This document shows positions 10,533-24,581 of a DNA stretch of 64,000 bases, in pieces. This DNA is from Bigelowiella natans CCMP2755. Its lineage: Eukaryota; Protista; Cercozoa. The notes under the pieces were generated by a model. The model was not told the origin of the DNA, did no database searches, and saw nothing but the letters and a program-made list of their open reading frames with translations. Positions within the stretch are counted from its first letter, which is position 1. Each line of letters opens with the position of its first letter. The stretch is taken from positions 1-64,000 of the forward strand of contig ADNK01000063.1 in assembly GCA_000320545.1 (NCBI GenBank), written 5' to 3'. The position numbers were made by a program, and so were the translations under genes.

Positions 10533-12710
10533 TACTACCATCACTATCACATAGCACCAGATACCCTTTCTTCTTCTTCTTCTCACCGGTTGTTGTTGTT
10601 TATCATCATTATCACCATTTATTACTATGAACAGCATCAGAAACTCTTTCTTGTTATTCTCACCGGTTGTTGTTGTTGCTGCTCTTCTGCTGCTATTATG
10701 CTACTGCTACTGCTGCTGCTATACAGCCAGGAAAATGACGAGGGCGACGGTTTCTTGTTGTTGTTGTTCTTCTTGGTTTCTCTCGTTCTCAGGTCCTGAA
10801 CTTTCTTCACCATTTCATCGACATATCTCGGTTCAAAGAAAGGCCATGAAGCTGCAGCAGCCAAAGACGCAACAACATTTGATTGCCACCACCATTCAAC
10901 CGGAACAAGCATGCTTATCAGCCTCAAAACCCCTGCCTCGTTCCATATTGCGACATCTTCATATACATCTGAATCAAACAGAACTACTGTGATCACGAAT
11001 AATCATTCAACCTTCGACTTTTTATACATATATAAATATATTCATATATCCTGAAAATGATGGATGGATGACAACACGCCGGTGGCAAAACATTCATTAT
11101 CATCAGCCGAGGATAGAGCCAGCACCTCTCGCTTTGTTGGTTCCACTAACAGAAACGATATGGAACGGCTCGTTTGCATAATCCTTGTGCGTAATTCGTA
11201 CGGAAAAATGCCTATTATTATTATTGTTATTATTATTATTGTTATTGTTATTATTGTTATTGTTATTGTTATTATTATTATTGTTATTGTTATTATTTTA
11301 TCATTATTATTATTGATTCTCAGCGGACACCTTATTTATTTTTCCATTCTCCCCCTCCCCCCCCCCCTCTCTAAAAACATATGATAATGATGGCCAAGCT
11401 TTATTTATCAGCGTGAATAGCATGTGAGTTATAGATACCTGGGAGAATCCTGAACTTTCACTTTATCTACAACATCACACAAAATAGAAGTAGTAGTAGT
11501 AGTAGTGGTAGTAACACAGGAATAGTAACAACAAATAATAATATTATCACAATAGTTCTATTACACATGCCTCACATAAATCGATGATGAGGCTGAAAAG
11601 AATAATTGTAATGATAATAACAACAACAACAACAACAACAACAGTAATAATAATAAGAGGAAGGAAATGATTAGAAACTGCTATCAGTTTTATTATTATC
11701 TGTGGACAAGGAGGAGGAAGAGGAGAGGTAAAAACAGTAGTCAGAAATGAAACAACGAGAGAATGAGCAGAGAATTGAGAAACCGCCATTAGTAAGTAAG
11801 TAATGCAGAGTAGTGGCAGTTTGTAGTAATTTGTAGCAATAATATAATAAATAAATACCCCAGACGATCTTCGATTTTTTGTGGAAGTATCTTTCAAGTT
11901 TCCTTTCAACGTGGTCAGCAGTGATATTGTCATCATAAGCCATATCAGCAAGAAACCCCATGTCCAATGCATCCAATCCGTACCATCTTTTATCACACAC
12001 TGCATAAGATGATCGTCTTACTGGAGAAGAAGAAGATGATGATAATGACAATCTTGCAGCACCACCACCCTTGGCTTTTGATGGTGTATTGTATTTTTTT
12101 CTTCGTTCTCTAGTGAATCGTTTGAATAGAGGTATCTTCAATGGTGATGATACTGCAGCAGCAGCAGCAGCAGGGGGAGGAGAAGGGGGAGGAGGAGGGA
12201 TACTAGTTTTATGATCCCTAGCACTGCTACTAGTTCTACTACTAGTACTAAAAGTAGACTTGTTGCTGCTGCTCCTCTTGTTTTTGCTGCTACCGCTTGG
12301 ATAATGATCGATAATAAACCCACTTCCATGGTCTGAGGCTACTGCTGCTGCTGCTGCTGTTGGACTAGTAGGAGTATTATAAGTGTGATGAGGTGTTTTA
12401 AGAGCACCAGCTATCATCATCTTATCCCCTCCAGCTGTTTCAATCAAATTGCAGTTGAAGAAGAGGTATGTCGCTAAAAGAATGAACCCTACATAAAGCC
12501 CATTGATGCCCTAAGGATGATGATAGATAGATAGATAGATAGATAGATAGCATCATCATCAAGACGATGAAGATGATGATGGTGATAATGATGATGACAG
12601 AAAGAAGAAGAGTTTCTTAACAAGAATAAGTTTATAATAATACGTACGATATGTTTATCATTACCCAGGAAAGGAGAATGCGAAGAATATAAATATTTGA
12701 TGAAGAAGAA

Positions 12711-12742
<32 letters not shown>

Positions 12743-15566
12743 GTGCGGTAACGATCTACTACTGCCGTTGGTGGTAAGAACCCCAGATAGACGACGACGA
12801 TGATGATGATGATGATGATGATGATGAAAGGGGTATTGATTGATGGAAGGACGGTGATGATGACTATAAGAAGCTCTTTCCTCGTTACTTAATTGGAAAT
12901 AATACTGTGATGAGCGTGATTGACGTTTGTGATGAGATGATGACTGATGGTGGTGGCTGCTTCTTCGTGACTCCTGAAGAATGCCTGGATAGTTACCCTT
13001 CTCCCTCAAGTATAAGTAAAGGAAGAAGGCGCATGGAAACAGCAGAAATGGGACCAGAATGTAGCGTAAGATGCCCCCCCCCATGTAAGGAAAGTGTGGA
13101 GGCGACAAGAAGGTATATAGTATCGATGTTAACCAGAAACTCACACACACCTGAGATCAAACAAGAAGGTATATAGTATCGATGTTTAACCAGACACTCA
13201 CACACACTCACACACACACACACACCTGAGATCAATACCCCAATGTGTCATAATAGTTAACTACTAAATAATAAAAACACACACTATATTATAGTAGACG
13301 CATAAGAAGAACAAATAGTACCGCTGTCGAGCCTAAGACTTCTCTGAGAATGGTTTTCTTGTGCTTACAACTTTTGCAGGCTGCTATATGCCGTGCCGGT
13401 ATTACACGCTCAATACCATCTACTAATCCATCATCATCATCTTCTTCTTCTTCTTCCTCGTCGCCGTCATTATTATTATTATCATTATCATTATCACCAA
13501 CAGCATATAATTCTCCTTGAAGATTGTTCTTATTAGCATCATTATCGTTGTGTCTGTTATTTTCCTGATTACTATTACTTGTAACCCTTAGATATCCCTT
13601 AATTTCCTCCTCCTCTTCTTCTTCTTCTTCTTCTTCTTCTTCTTCTTCTCTCTTCTTCCTCTTTGATTCATCATTATCATCATCATCGTCGTCATCAGTC
13701 ATCAGCACTGTAGTCCTCGCAGCAACATGCTGCTGCTGGTGTTGTTGCTTCTTCTTGTTCTTTTTCTTCTTCTTTATTCGTGCTGCATTGTAGCAGGTAG
13801 GCTTGGAAGTAGAAGAGGGAGGAGAAGGAGGAGATGGTATTGAATCAACTGCAAGTAGGTGCATATTATTTCCAAGTATCTTGTTACAACAATCACGATT
13901 GCAACTTCCTCTTAGATGTGATATGATGAGGAAACGACTAGTGCCTGATAAGCAATAACAACACAATGTATACACATATATTATGTGATCAACACTACTA
14001 TCTTTGCTATCTAATGCTACTACTACTATTCATTCCTACATAGTCAGTTTCTGTGTGCTATGGCACGTACTTTCTATTTAATCTCTTTTCATATAGAATA
14101 GTACCCCAATATACGAAGAAGAAGAGTAAGACTCTAAGAGCAGAAGGTGAAGATATCTTCATGGTAGTAGTAAATACGATTATCATAGCTAGAGGTAGCC
14201 TGTAAAAGGAGAGGAGAAAGAAGAAGAGGAAGGGAGATAGTACGAGTAGAACAAATTATATCATCTTAGATTTTATAATTTTAGTGGATCATGATCAACA
14301 TCGTCATCAATGAAGTAGGTGATGTGATCATCAATAATACACTATTAAGTACTACTAGTATGTAATAATTATAACCAAAGATCGATTCTCTCAATCATAG
14401 CATAGATGTGGCTTGTTTTATCTTTATCCCGAACATCCCATTCACATGCAAGAGTTGTCCAACTTCTCGTATAAGACGCCTCTGCTTTATTATAGTCTTC
14501 TTGTTCTTGTTCTTGTTCTTCTCCCTCAGCCTCATCGATGATATCTTCTTCTTCTTTCCCAGCATTAGTACTAGTACTAGTAGCAGCAGTAGTCGTAGCA
14601 GCAAACAGGGCGCCGCATATAAAGGAATTGTTGGAGGGCCGATTAGAGAGCACAGACACATAAAGCTCAATACCACAGCGAACACCAACTTCTACGAGGT
14701 ACAAAATCAGAATTAATACCTGATAATGAGAAATTATTAATTGATAATGATGATGATGATGATGATGATGATGATGTAATAACAAGTGATTCATCTTACA
14801 ATAACACTAAGCTGACATTATTAGTGGAGGTTCATAACTCAAATCAATTTATAGTTACTACTACTTCATTTTAGACGATGTTGGGGAGAGAAAGAATGAA
14901 GTAAAAGTCACGTATCGATTATTATCCAATGAAAATATTATAATCATCAATCATTTTTATTATTATTTTTTACACGTATTAGTAGTAGAAACATACCCCA
15001 AGAACCCAGACAGAGATGTTAACCCACCAAGTTGCGTCGATTTTGATCGGTAAATTCAAAATAATAAAAGCATAAACATACGTGGCTCTAAAGACCCATT
15101 TATGAGAGTAATTCCAAACGTAGTCACACCATTTCGTGGGGTTAAACTCCTCGTTGTCTTCGTCATCTTTCTCATGATCAAAAGTTTTGTCCAAAACATG
15201 ACGGTGATAACGATGAGGGTGATAACGGTGAGGGGTGTAGTCGTATCTTCCTCCTCTTCTAATTCTTGATCCACTACAATTCACACTTGCAGCAAATGCA
15301 GGCTTGTGCACTGTCCTGTATGGTACGTTGCTATCAGTGGTGGTGGTGGTAAGAAGGAAGATGATAATGATGATCATGATAATTAATACAGTAAATGCTG
15401 CTGAGAAGAGAAAGATCCAAACTACTACCCTGTCATTTCAGCTTCTACACATCGGTAGAAACACAAAGAAGTGTAATGTAAGATGAACACCCATACCTTA
15501 ATAAATAAACATCAGAGTAGTGAGTGCTAGTACCATGTGCTTACTCTTTGAATTTACAAAGGAGAT

Positions 15567-15609
<43 letters not shown>

Positions 15610-16033
15610 TATAATCCTTCTGGCTTCTTCGCTCAGCATACAGCAGCAGCAGCAGCAGCAACACGAACATCAGGTTGTTCACTGTGATGGTAAGAAGAGG
15701 GGATACTAGTACACCGCACACAACACTTATTGTTATTTCACAATACTAATAGTAACAATAAATCTCTCTCTAACAAATATTACACTCTAGACAGCGACGA
15801 CAGTCGTAGTAGTAGTAGCGAATAATAAACGATGATTGTCACACTACTAGCAGCTACAATATAGTATACCATATTTAGAGGAACCATCTGAAGCGTGCAA
15901 AGGATAAGACGAACGATGGGGCTGTTGATGGACTCCACGTACGAGATCAACCTATTATTATTATTATTAATAACACATTATTACAAATGTGTATCATTCC
16001 TGCACTAGCAAAACTACTTGTAGTAAATATGTA

Positions 16034-16073
<40 letters not shown>

Positions 16074-17369
16074 TCTCGTCCTTTTCCTTCTCCTTCTAGT
16101 TTATGTTGGAGGGGTTGTTTACCCATGCATCTTAAGGACAGAGTTTTGCGCCAACATGAGCGTGAAGACTGTCGCAGCTGCCATAGCTCCAAATGCAAAA
16201 CATACCTACAAATGATGACGACGACGACAACGGAACAACAACAACAACAGCAATAAGAATAATGATAATATCGGAGAACAATGGAAAAATGAAGCTGTGG
16301 TGCTATGGTATGTTATCATCATCTTAAATTAGTATTAGTCAACAGCATACTGCAAGCCAAGCATCATTTCACGATTCATGTTATGCTGTTTTATATCGAT
16401 ATAGTACTAACTCGTAAGGCCTTGTCGATTAGCAACAAAGGAACGATAAACGCGCCATTGACATCATTAAATATTATCTGTTCGATAAAGAAGAAAGTTG
16501 CGACAGATTGGATCATGAGGCAGAATCAAACTATCAGTTCAAATATAAAGAAGAATAACACCTATATTATTATTATTATACAAATACCTTGAGAAACTTC
16601 TCGAACACATCGTCGTCGTTAATTACGCTGTGATGCACTTGCATTGTCATGAAACTTGGTAGCCAACTGCTATGACGCTTCTGTCTTGTTCGCATGTACT
16701 AATTGTCGTTTTTGTTGTAAGGAAGAGGAAGAGGAAGTGGAAGAGGAATCAACTTGCAAATATATATATATATATGTATATATATATTATTTAATGCACA
16801 TATGTAAGTAATAAGTAGTTAGCATACCTGATCTACGCTGAAAGTGTCGATTCGTCTTTGTTCTTCATGCTGATAGCTGCGCCTTTTCTGTCTTCTATCC
16901 TTCTTCCTCTTCATCTTACGTGTTCTTTTTGATTTGCTGTGTTGACCTATCCAGACGTATAAAGAGGGGTTTGCGTAAAATCAAATCAATGTTGAAATAT
17001 CCACACACTTGGAGGGGGGGGGGGGGGCAAGAACGAATGAAGGCAGCAGTCGATATCTCAAACACAGCAGCAGCGTTATTATTATTATACTAGATTGAGG
17101 AGATTCACCATACAAAGTAGCAGCAACAGCAGCATTGCGTCCAAGAATTATCTACTACCAATCCTATTCGAGATATCGATGCTGCAAACTTGTTCGCCAT
17201 AATCATTTCCCCTCTTCTTCTTCTTCTTCTTCGCCTCATCGTCACCAGCTGCCGAGCTACAGCGTGCTGATGTCGTCGTTGGCATGGGAGGCATTAGCCA
17301 ATTTGATACAGATATGGGAGGAGGAGGAGGAGGAGGAGGAGGAGGAGGAGGAGGAGAAGATCCCCTCAT
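9946..17369 (-). CDS. Multi-pass membrane protein with C-terminal class 3 lipase (alpha/beta hydrolase) domain; many microsatellite-rich introns
   Basis: Last exon IFTGHSLGGGIAAILG...FSSPG...DRDIIPVID...CHSL; upstream exons YGLDALDMGFLADMAY and DVAIWNEAGVLRLISMLVP; several hydrophobic exons between 12.4 and 16.5 kb; putative start MRGSSPPPP at 17369. The 5' extent is less certain. Confidence 0.75.
13106..13235. repeat. 56-bp tandem duplication spanning a splice acceptor of the lipase gene
   Basis: AGGTATATAGTATCGATGTT..CCTGAGATCAA at 13111 and 13167; the second copy has an expanded (CA)n. Confidence 0.85.
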
Positions 17370-18242
17370 TTTCGGATCGATATTCAAAGAAGCAGCCTAT
17401 GAAGAGGGAGAAGTTTCATCCCCCCCCCCTGTCAACTTTGCACATTTTCGTAAAAATTGACAAGCAACACGCTCGGGGCGGATGACCAAGAACATTGTTA
17501 ATCAATGGCTATTATGTTTCTGCGACAACAAATATACCAACAAAAATTATGAAAACGGAGGAAGAGAGGAACGGCTTCAACGAGATCATTTTTCTGGTAA
17601 TTTTTACGTTATCATTACATTGTCATTGTTCCTTCATTCTGTGTGGTTCTTCGGTCGGAAAAGATCTAGGGATTATTTACTAAATTATGCAGTAGCAGCA
17701 GCCAGCCGTTATGATGGATGTAATAAATAATAGGAGAAGTGTGGTGTCACTCACTGGTGTCTGTCGAGTATTATGTGTCATCATTATTAATCTTTTAGTT
17801 GAGAAGTACGAGAAATAGTACTAATTTCGACTTTTTCCCAGAGATTTTAGGAGATGGCAGCCCAGGTTGGAAACTCGTTGAATCTCCTACGAGGATAATT
17901 GTTCCGAATTCAGCCTTATTAGATCCGATTAGGGAGAGCCCCCCTAAAGTCTAGATGGCGTGTAAGAGGCGTCAAGATTCATTTTGGTTTGGAATTGCTA
18001 TAGGTTGACTTGCGTCGGGCATCGGCCGATCAGTGTAAATAACTGAGTTATTCTTCACAGGTGCTGGCATAGGATCCGTGCTGACAGTTGCATTGAATTG
18101 CATACGAAGGCGGCAGTACTTTCGAGATGCGCGGAGAAGATCTCATTCTCGTTTGATTTCTCGTCGAGATTATTTCGATATAAAAAGTGATAAAAAATCT
18201 GTACCCCCTATATATCCTCCCACCCACTGGTGCCGAACCGTG

Positions 18243-18797
18243 ATGCCGGCGACTTCTGAGAGATTCATAGCCGTCCTTAAAGTAACAGATGATTCTGCAT
18301 GCTCTCGAGAGGTTCTTGTACTTTTGAAATCAGCGGAAGGATATGCAACTGTCTGTGCGTTGACAGATAGGAAGAACCCAACCCAAATCTTTAATCGTGT
18401 ACCGAGTCAACAAGAATATGAAGCTGTGAGTATGGCAGCATCGCAAGTTGCCGCAGCCTTTTTGAGATTAGGAATATACCCCCAGATGGAACTCCTTGGA
18501 AATAACTCACATTATTTCAACGAAGCGAAGGGAGTATTGGAGCTGGGAAACACAAAAGAGCCGTACTCTCCACATTTTCATGTTTATGGTAGAGGAGACC
18601 CGAAACACGAATACGTGAAAGGGGTGCCACTTCGAGGATCCACACCTTACAAAGTCATGATTCCAAGGAACAGAGCGGAAAAATTTGAGAAGGGTGAGGC
18701 GGTGAAGGTTGCTATTGCCCTTGCACAGAGTCTAAGCAGCGTGCAGCTCCACCCTAGTGTAAAAATTGTTGAAAAAAAAGTAATATTATCATCCTAG
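18243..18797 (+). CDS. Intronless HIT-like (histidine triad superfamily) protein, 184 aa
   Basis: Clean ORF MPATSERF...; LLGNNSHY...EPYSPHFHVYGRGDP resembles the HIT-like GN...HxHxxxR signature. Confidence 0.6.
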   Translation: MPATSERFIAVLKVTDDSACSREVLVLLKSAEGYATVCALTDRKNPTQIFNRVPSQQEYEAVSMAASQVAAAFLRLGIYPQMELLGNNSHYFNEAKGVLELGNTKEPYSPHFHVYGRGDPKHEYVKGVPLRGSTPYKVMIPRNRAEKFEKGEAVKVAIALAQSLSSVQLHPSVKIVEKKVILSS

Positions 18798-18913
18798 GGC
18801 CGCCTGCTAGCGATTGCTGCCGCAACCACTCTTGCCAATATTAATTCTGCTTTGCCGTGCTTCAAACCTACATATGTATACACATTGCATACGTACATGG
18901 CAGTCATTGCACG

Positions 18914-18976
<63 letters not shown>

Positions 18977-19521
18977 AATATGTCTATATTATCTGTCAAC
19001 GCGAAGCACAAATGCTGCGACATTCAGCTCGCGGCAGACTCGATCATCGATCAAGCACCGCCGCGATACGCTAGGCACGACGAAGCTTCACACGCACCTC
19101 CGCATTTCGTCGTCAGACAGGTGAGACCGAATGTGCTCGCTATTTAGTGCGTACGGTGTGATCCATGCTAGCATGCACTCTACTCTATTACTTCGCCATC
19201 GATTCAAGTGCAGACAGCATCATCTGCGCTGTAAGCGTGTGCAGACTGCGAGCTACCAGCTTGCGAATGGCAAGACAAATAAGCACATAGCACCAGGGCA
19301 TCACACACACATGGCTAGATGGGCTCAGCAGCACAATAGACCATTTAGCGGCTACGGCTTTGCAATCAAGTCCTCCAAACTACAAGGAATGGAACAATAA
19401 TGAGCGAAATACGTAAACTGAACATGCTGTAACATTTTTATTGTCGCTTGGTCTTTTAAAGAGAAATATTTCGATGCTTGTCCAGTAAGAACTCTGGGAT
19501 ACATTTTGTTTTTCCTGCACC

Positions 19522-21424
19522 TCAGTCGGTACTGATGTCTAGGATGTCCTCTTCTTTTTCCAAAGTATTGCACGCATACCTGAGCATTATCAAAGCATGA
19601 ATCAGATTTGGCAGCTTCACACTGTTCTTCAATACATTGACATCTATTACATTGATCGACTCCCCTTTCCGATTCTCTTAATGAAACCTCGGGAAATCAA
19701 TAGCTCAACCATCAATGTTAGTCGTTCTGAATTGAAGTTCTTAATTTTGGCAGCGAGATTATCTACGTAGGGGAAAGATTAAGATTATAAGTTCATCACA
19801 TTCAAATCTTGGATCCTTGTGTTTCTACCTATAGACTGAGGTTTTTGGACAGTCATGTTCTCGGTCACAAATTGCATGTATACTCGTTCAAGCTGAGAGG
19901 CACCTAGTCCATGCTGAGTCAAAACATTGAAGCTGATCAGTTCACATCTCACTCGTTTCAGTATTTCGGAAACCTGATAAATTCTAGGAAATTGGGAGAG
20001 GTCAAGTTCCTTCGCTCGCGTTGTGTTTTCCTTTTCTTGCTGATCCTCTTGGTCTGAAAGTGCCTTCTTCGATAATGCATTACCAGACTTTGGCGTCGAG
20101 TGGTATTTAAGGTCAGCAATCCCACTGATTTCAGAGCTTCGAATAGAATTATTAACTCGAGACGCAAGTGGAGTACTATCCGACAAATCCTCAACATTGA
20201 AAGCGATTTCACTATCAACATGGAAGCTACGATGTCCATTGTTCGTATCATCATCCTCTAGATTATGCTCCCATTTTTCTTCGCGATGGACAAGTTTTTG
20301 AGAAGCATTCGTAACAGGAGACATGAATTCTGCTCCTTCGTCCTCAGGCTCCTTAGCGTCATTTGTCGATGTCATGCTCATGTCCTGGTTAAGCTGCCTT
20401 TGGCAACTATATGGAGCCGTCATTTTTTTACGATTTCCATCTTTATATGTAACAGAGTAAATAAGTTTTCTTCCCCAAATTCTATCATTATGAAAAATAA
20501 GATTCAAGAAACCAACCTGAGACAACGAATGGGGTAGTCAATGGAGGAGTGATGTGACGGAGAGATTCAAGCGATTCAATTGATTTTTCTTCTTTAACCC
20601 TAGAATGCTTACGGACTGTAAACATTGAAATTAGAGGAGAACACGACAGGTTGGAAAGTGACATGAAAACCTGAATGGAATGGGGTTGTCCTTGGAGGAG
20701 AAATTTTTCGTAACAGGTCCGACAGCTCACCAGATACTGTTCCAAAATTTTGAGATTATGGTACTATCTGGCTATTGCTTTTACGAACGAAAGAGAAATT
20801 CAAACTGCAGCTTATCTTACCTGGGGTTGACGTGAATCCAGCCCCGGCATCACCTCCTCCAATAGGAGTCTTGGTCCCACCAAAATGAATTGATGATCCA
20901 AGGGTTGAGTGGGTCGAGTTAGTGAAACTTGGCGCCTGTACACTTGGGAAGGAGGTGAAAAACTTGGACCACACCTAAGAAGAGTCCATAATAACTGGTA
21001 TGAATTTAATTACTGTCTCCAATGATAATAAAAAATCTCTCATTTTGAAAGGAGCTGAATCAATGAAGAATATTTTTTACAGTTAAAGGCCTTCACCTGC
21101 AATGACTCATTTATGGACTTTGTTTGAGTTGCATAAGTTTTGACCTATATTTAATTTGAATTCGTTAAAAGTTCTCACATTATGTGTAAAAATTGGGCAT
21201 ACGTTATTTAGGATCTTCGATGCCACGTGTTGTGCATTGACTAAAGAAGAATCAATCATCCTTAATGTAAATGTGATTTTTTGCTCGACTTGCTCCAGCT
21301 TTTGCTTGACTTCCTCTGGAGTGGGCTGTGGTTGTGGGGGGGGCAGATTTTCTGGTGCTACTGACTCTTCCGATGGTCCTTTCGTCCTATACCTTGAACG
21401 TCTCGATTTCTGATTAAACATCAT
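19522..21424 (-). CDS. ASK1: DASH/Dam1 complex subunit Ask1 with a C-terminal helical (winged-helix-like) extension
   Basis: KLEQVEQKITFTLRMIDSSLVNAQHVASKIL...WSKFF resembles the Ask1 N-terminal domain; long Ser/Thr/Pro-rich linker; C-terminal LDLSQFPRIYQ|HGLGASQLERVY...ERLTLMVELLISRGFIKRIGKGSRSM|YACN...*; short GT-AG introns. Start approximate. Confidence 0.75.
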
Positions 21425-22191
21425 CCCATTTTTTTTTGATAAAAAACATAGAATCTTCATTCATAACTACAAATTCTGGTCTACACAGAAAAGGGCATTC
21501 AATTACCATTGCGGAAGGATATAAAAACTTCGATGTGACGTTTGCACAAATTCGGAGGGGGGGACGGCAGACTTGTGGAATAACAGAGGTATATGTGAAT
21601 GGCGACACCTCAACACTTTAGTCGCACTACCATAGCTCCATGCGTTTCCAACCTAAAGGATTGAAAACCGAAACACTTCCCCGCCATCTGCGTCGCCGTT
21701 GGTTCGAGGTGGTCTGAGCTTTCCCGCGCCGCGTTTCTCGCAAAAATTAAAAAAACGGCATCAGAGTACCACCGTGAAACGGGAAATCCTTGTTGGAGGT
21801 GTCCAAGAATTATTTTCTTAGCTCTGTCTCAAAATATCCTGGATTTTATCCTCATTCTTTCTCGGTTTCTCATAAATTGGACATGGAGAAATCATGATGA
21901 AAAATCTGGGAGTTCATAATGAGCGACATTTGATTTGGCCTGTTTTTAAAGATACTTTCAAGCGTTTTTGGCTGTTGGTGTGCGATTCTATCTGCACTTT
22001 AAAGGCGTTGGCTTAATTGGGGAGGGCAACGAGCTCCAACAACTCACTCATCCCGCAGGGTTTTTCCCGACCATTTTATTCTGTTCTACGTAAGATATGC
22101 CTGCGACTGATTAGGGTGAATATAAACCTGATCAAAATCCCGTGCATCCTCAATGCGCCTCTGAAGATAAGAAATTGTCAAGTACACGAAG

Positions 22192-24542
22192 ATGGAGCAA
22201 AATTATCGATGGAAGGTTAGTGTAACATGCTTCAGATTAACCCATGAATAATTGACCCTTACATACCTTTTGGTAAATTACAGAAACCTATGGAGATACT
22301 TATTAGATGAAGATGTAACGAATATCATGTAATTATTGTAGGTGCACAAGAGCACAAAATATGGTCTGCGGCAAGATCGATATCTTCTGCTGGATTTGCA
22401 GCTAGGATCTATGATGTTTCTAGATACCAATAACAAATGTAAGTCTGAGTTCCGGTTAAGTGAAATCCAGGATGTCGTGGCCATTAACTCGAAGAAGGGT
22501 TCCCATGACAAACGTAAAATTCGAATGAGTTTTGTCAAAGACAAGAATCGCCCGTACGACATCAAATTTGAATCTCATATAGACTGCCAAAAGGTAACTC
22601 CTACAACAATTTATCTTTGGGATGATGTGTGGATGTGTGTGCTTATCTTTGCTTTGTTTTTTGCAGTTTTTACAACTGTTCGAAAATAAGGAGCTGTTGA
22701 AAAAGAATGATAAAAGAGGTTCAGGAGATTTCACAAACCTTAAGGAATACCCTGTTCAGCTCAAGTCTGGTATCAGTACCAGTCAGCCAAGATTAGTAAT
22801 TCTAAATCCTTCCAAGTCCTCGTTGCTCATTTTAGACATGAAGGTAAAACTTCGTGTTTTGATTTATCTTATATGTTATTCCATTTTGATACCAAATAGG
22901 CACTTTTATTGTTGTAAATAGATGATTACAAATTTCCCGTTTCGCAACATGTAGATCATAAATCCGATAGTTTTCCATAAGAAATGTAATTTCTTTCAAG
23001 GACACGAATCGTGTCGTCGAAGTCACTGTTGTATTGTTGCCATATCAGCGTAAATGCAAGAAAGAGGTTGGATTTAAAGAAATATCCTCAATTGAGATCC
23101 CCCGTTCCAAAGATAATATGGCTGGAGAAACATGTCATATGATGATGAACAACGGGGACAACGCAATAAAACTCAACTTCGAAAGGGAGGACGAGCGAAT
23201 AGATTTTTGCGACACTCTAAGAGACCTAGAAGAATCGATTGAGATTAAAGACTATTCGCTGGCAGGGGACCCTGAGTGCTTACGATTCAACGTTGCTAAA
23301 ATCAACAAATTTGGTGTACTCAAGGAGCGTGTAATCTATATAGATTCGAAGAAGGGTGTTTTCCGTTCAATAAATCTCAACAGGACATACAAAGAGGTGC
23401 TGATAAAGTCGCCTCCTGATAAGCATACAATAGGAGGGGGAATTAATCTCGTAGGAATTGAACGTAATGCCAATAATAAGTGCCGATTGGATTTGGAGTT
23501 CAAAAACCGAGAACCTCTACACTTTCTCTTGGAGTCGCCATTCCAGAGAGAAAGATTCTTGCACAGATGTCGAACGCTCACTGTACCACAATACTATGAC
23601 CATAAGGTGGTGTAGAAGCTCTTTTTAGTATATATTTCAAAGATACAATAAGGAGTTTTCCCCGTTTTTTTTTAACATTAGACCTCAAGAATTGAGAATC
23701 ATTATTTGCTGCTTGCTTGCTTTTAATTGGATTTAGGTTTTGGATGAGTCGGCCTTTTTCGAGGAGCAGGCTCTTACAGGAGCAGGCCTGATAGATTCTG
23801 AGCAGAAGAAGCAACAGCAGGGAAAAGAAGTGATCAACAGTATAGAAGAGGGGGATGAGAAGGGAAAGGAGGACGATGAAAAGGGAAAGATGGGGTTAAA
23901 AGAAGATAAAGGATCCAAGGACGGAATTGGAGATCTGAACAGCCTGTTGGAGGATAGGGCAGCTGGTAGCAATACATCAGCGCAGATGGGTCATGGCGGA
24001 TCTATGCCAGAACTCACGACTCAAGAAAAGGGATCATCGAACCATGTGCAAGAGGAGAAGTTGTCGTCCTCAATGGTAGCTTCCCTGTCCGCCATGCAAT
24101 TATCTAACAAGAAGCTTAAGATGCCAACTGCAAACTGGCATGTGGCATTCCATCCCAATGCGGTGAGTGTGTTTATTGGGACATGGAACGTAGCTCAGAA
24201 CATCGTCTATGATTCACTTGACGACTTTATTCCTCCAAGCAAATACGATATCTATGCAATTGGACTGCAAGAATGCAGAATAAAGGACAGAAATAAATGG
24301 CAAACTGAGCTTGAACGCCACATAAACCTAAATTATCGCGGGAAAGTTACCAAAAATACCTATGATCTCATAAAGGTAATAACGAGGGTGCTTGTAATTG
24401 CATATTTTCAGTCCCAGTTTAATATACTGCATCATCAGAAGATAATTGCGAAGTAGTTTTAGTAGTAGTAGTACGATGTAGGATGATGAGACCCGTGCGG
24501 AAGAAGACCGTTGGAATGTATTTTGGCTAATTATTCATCATC

Positions 24543-24581
<39 letters not shown>

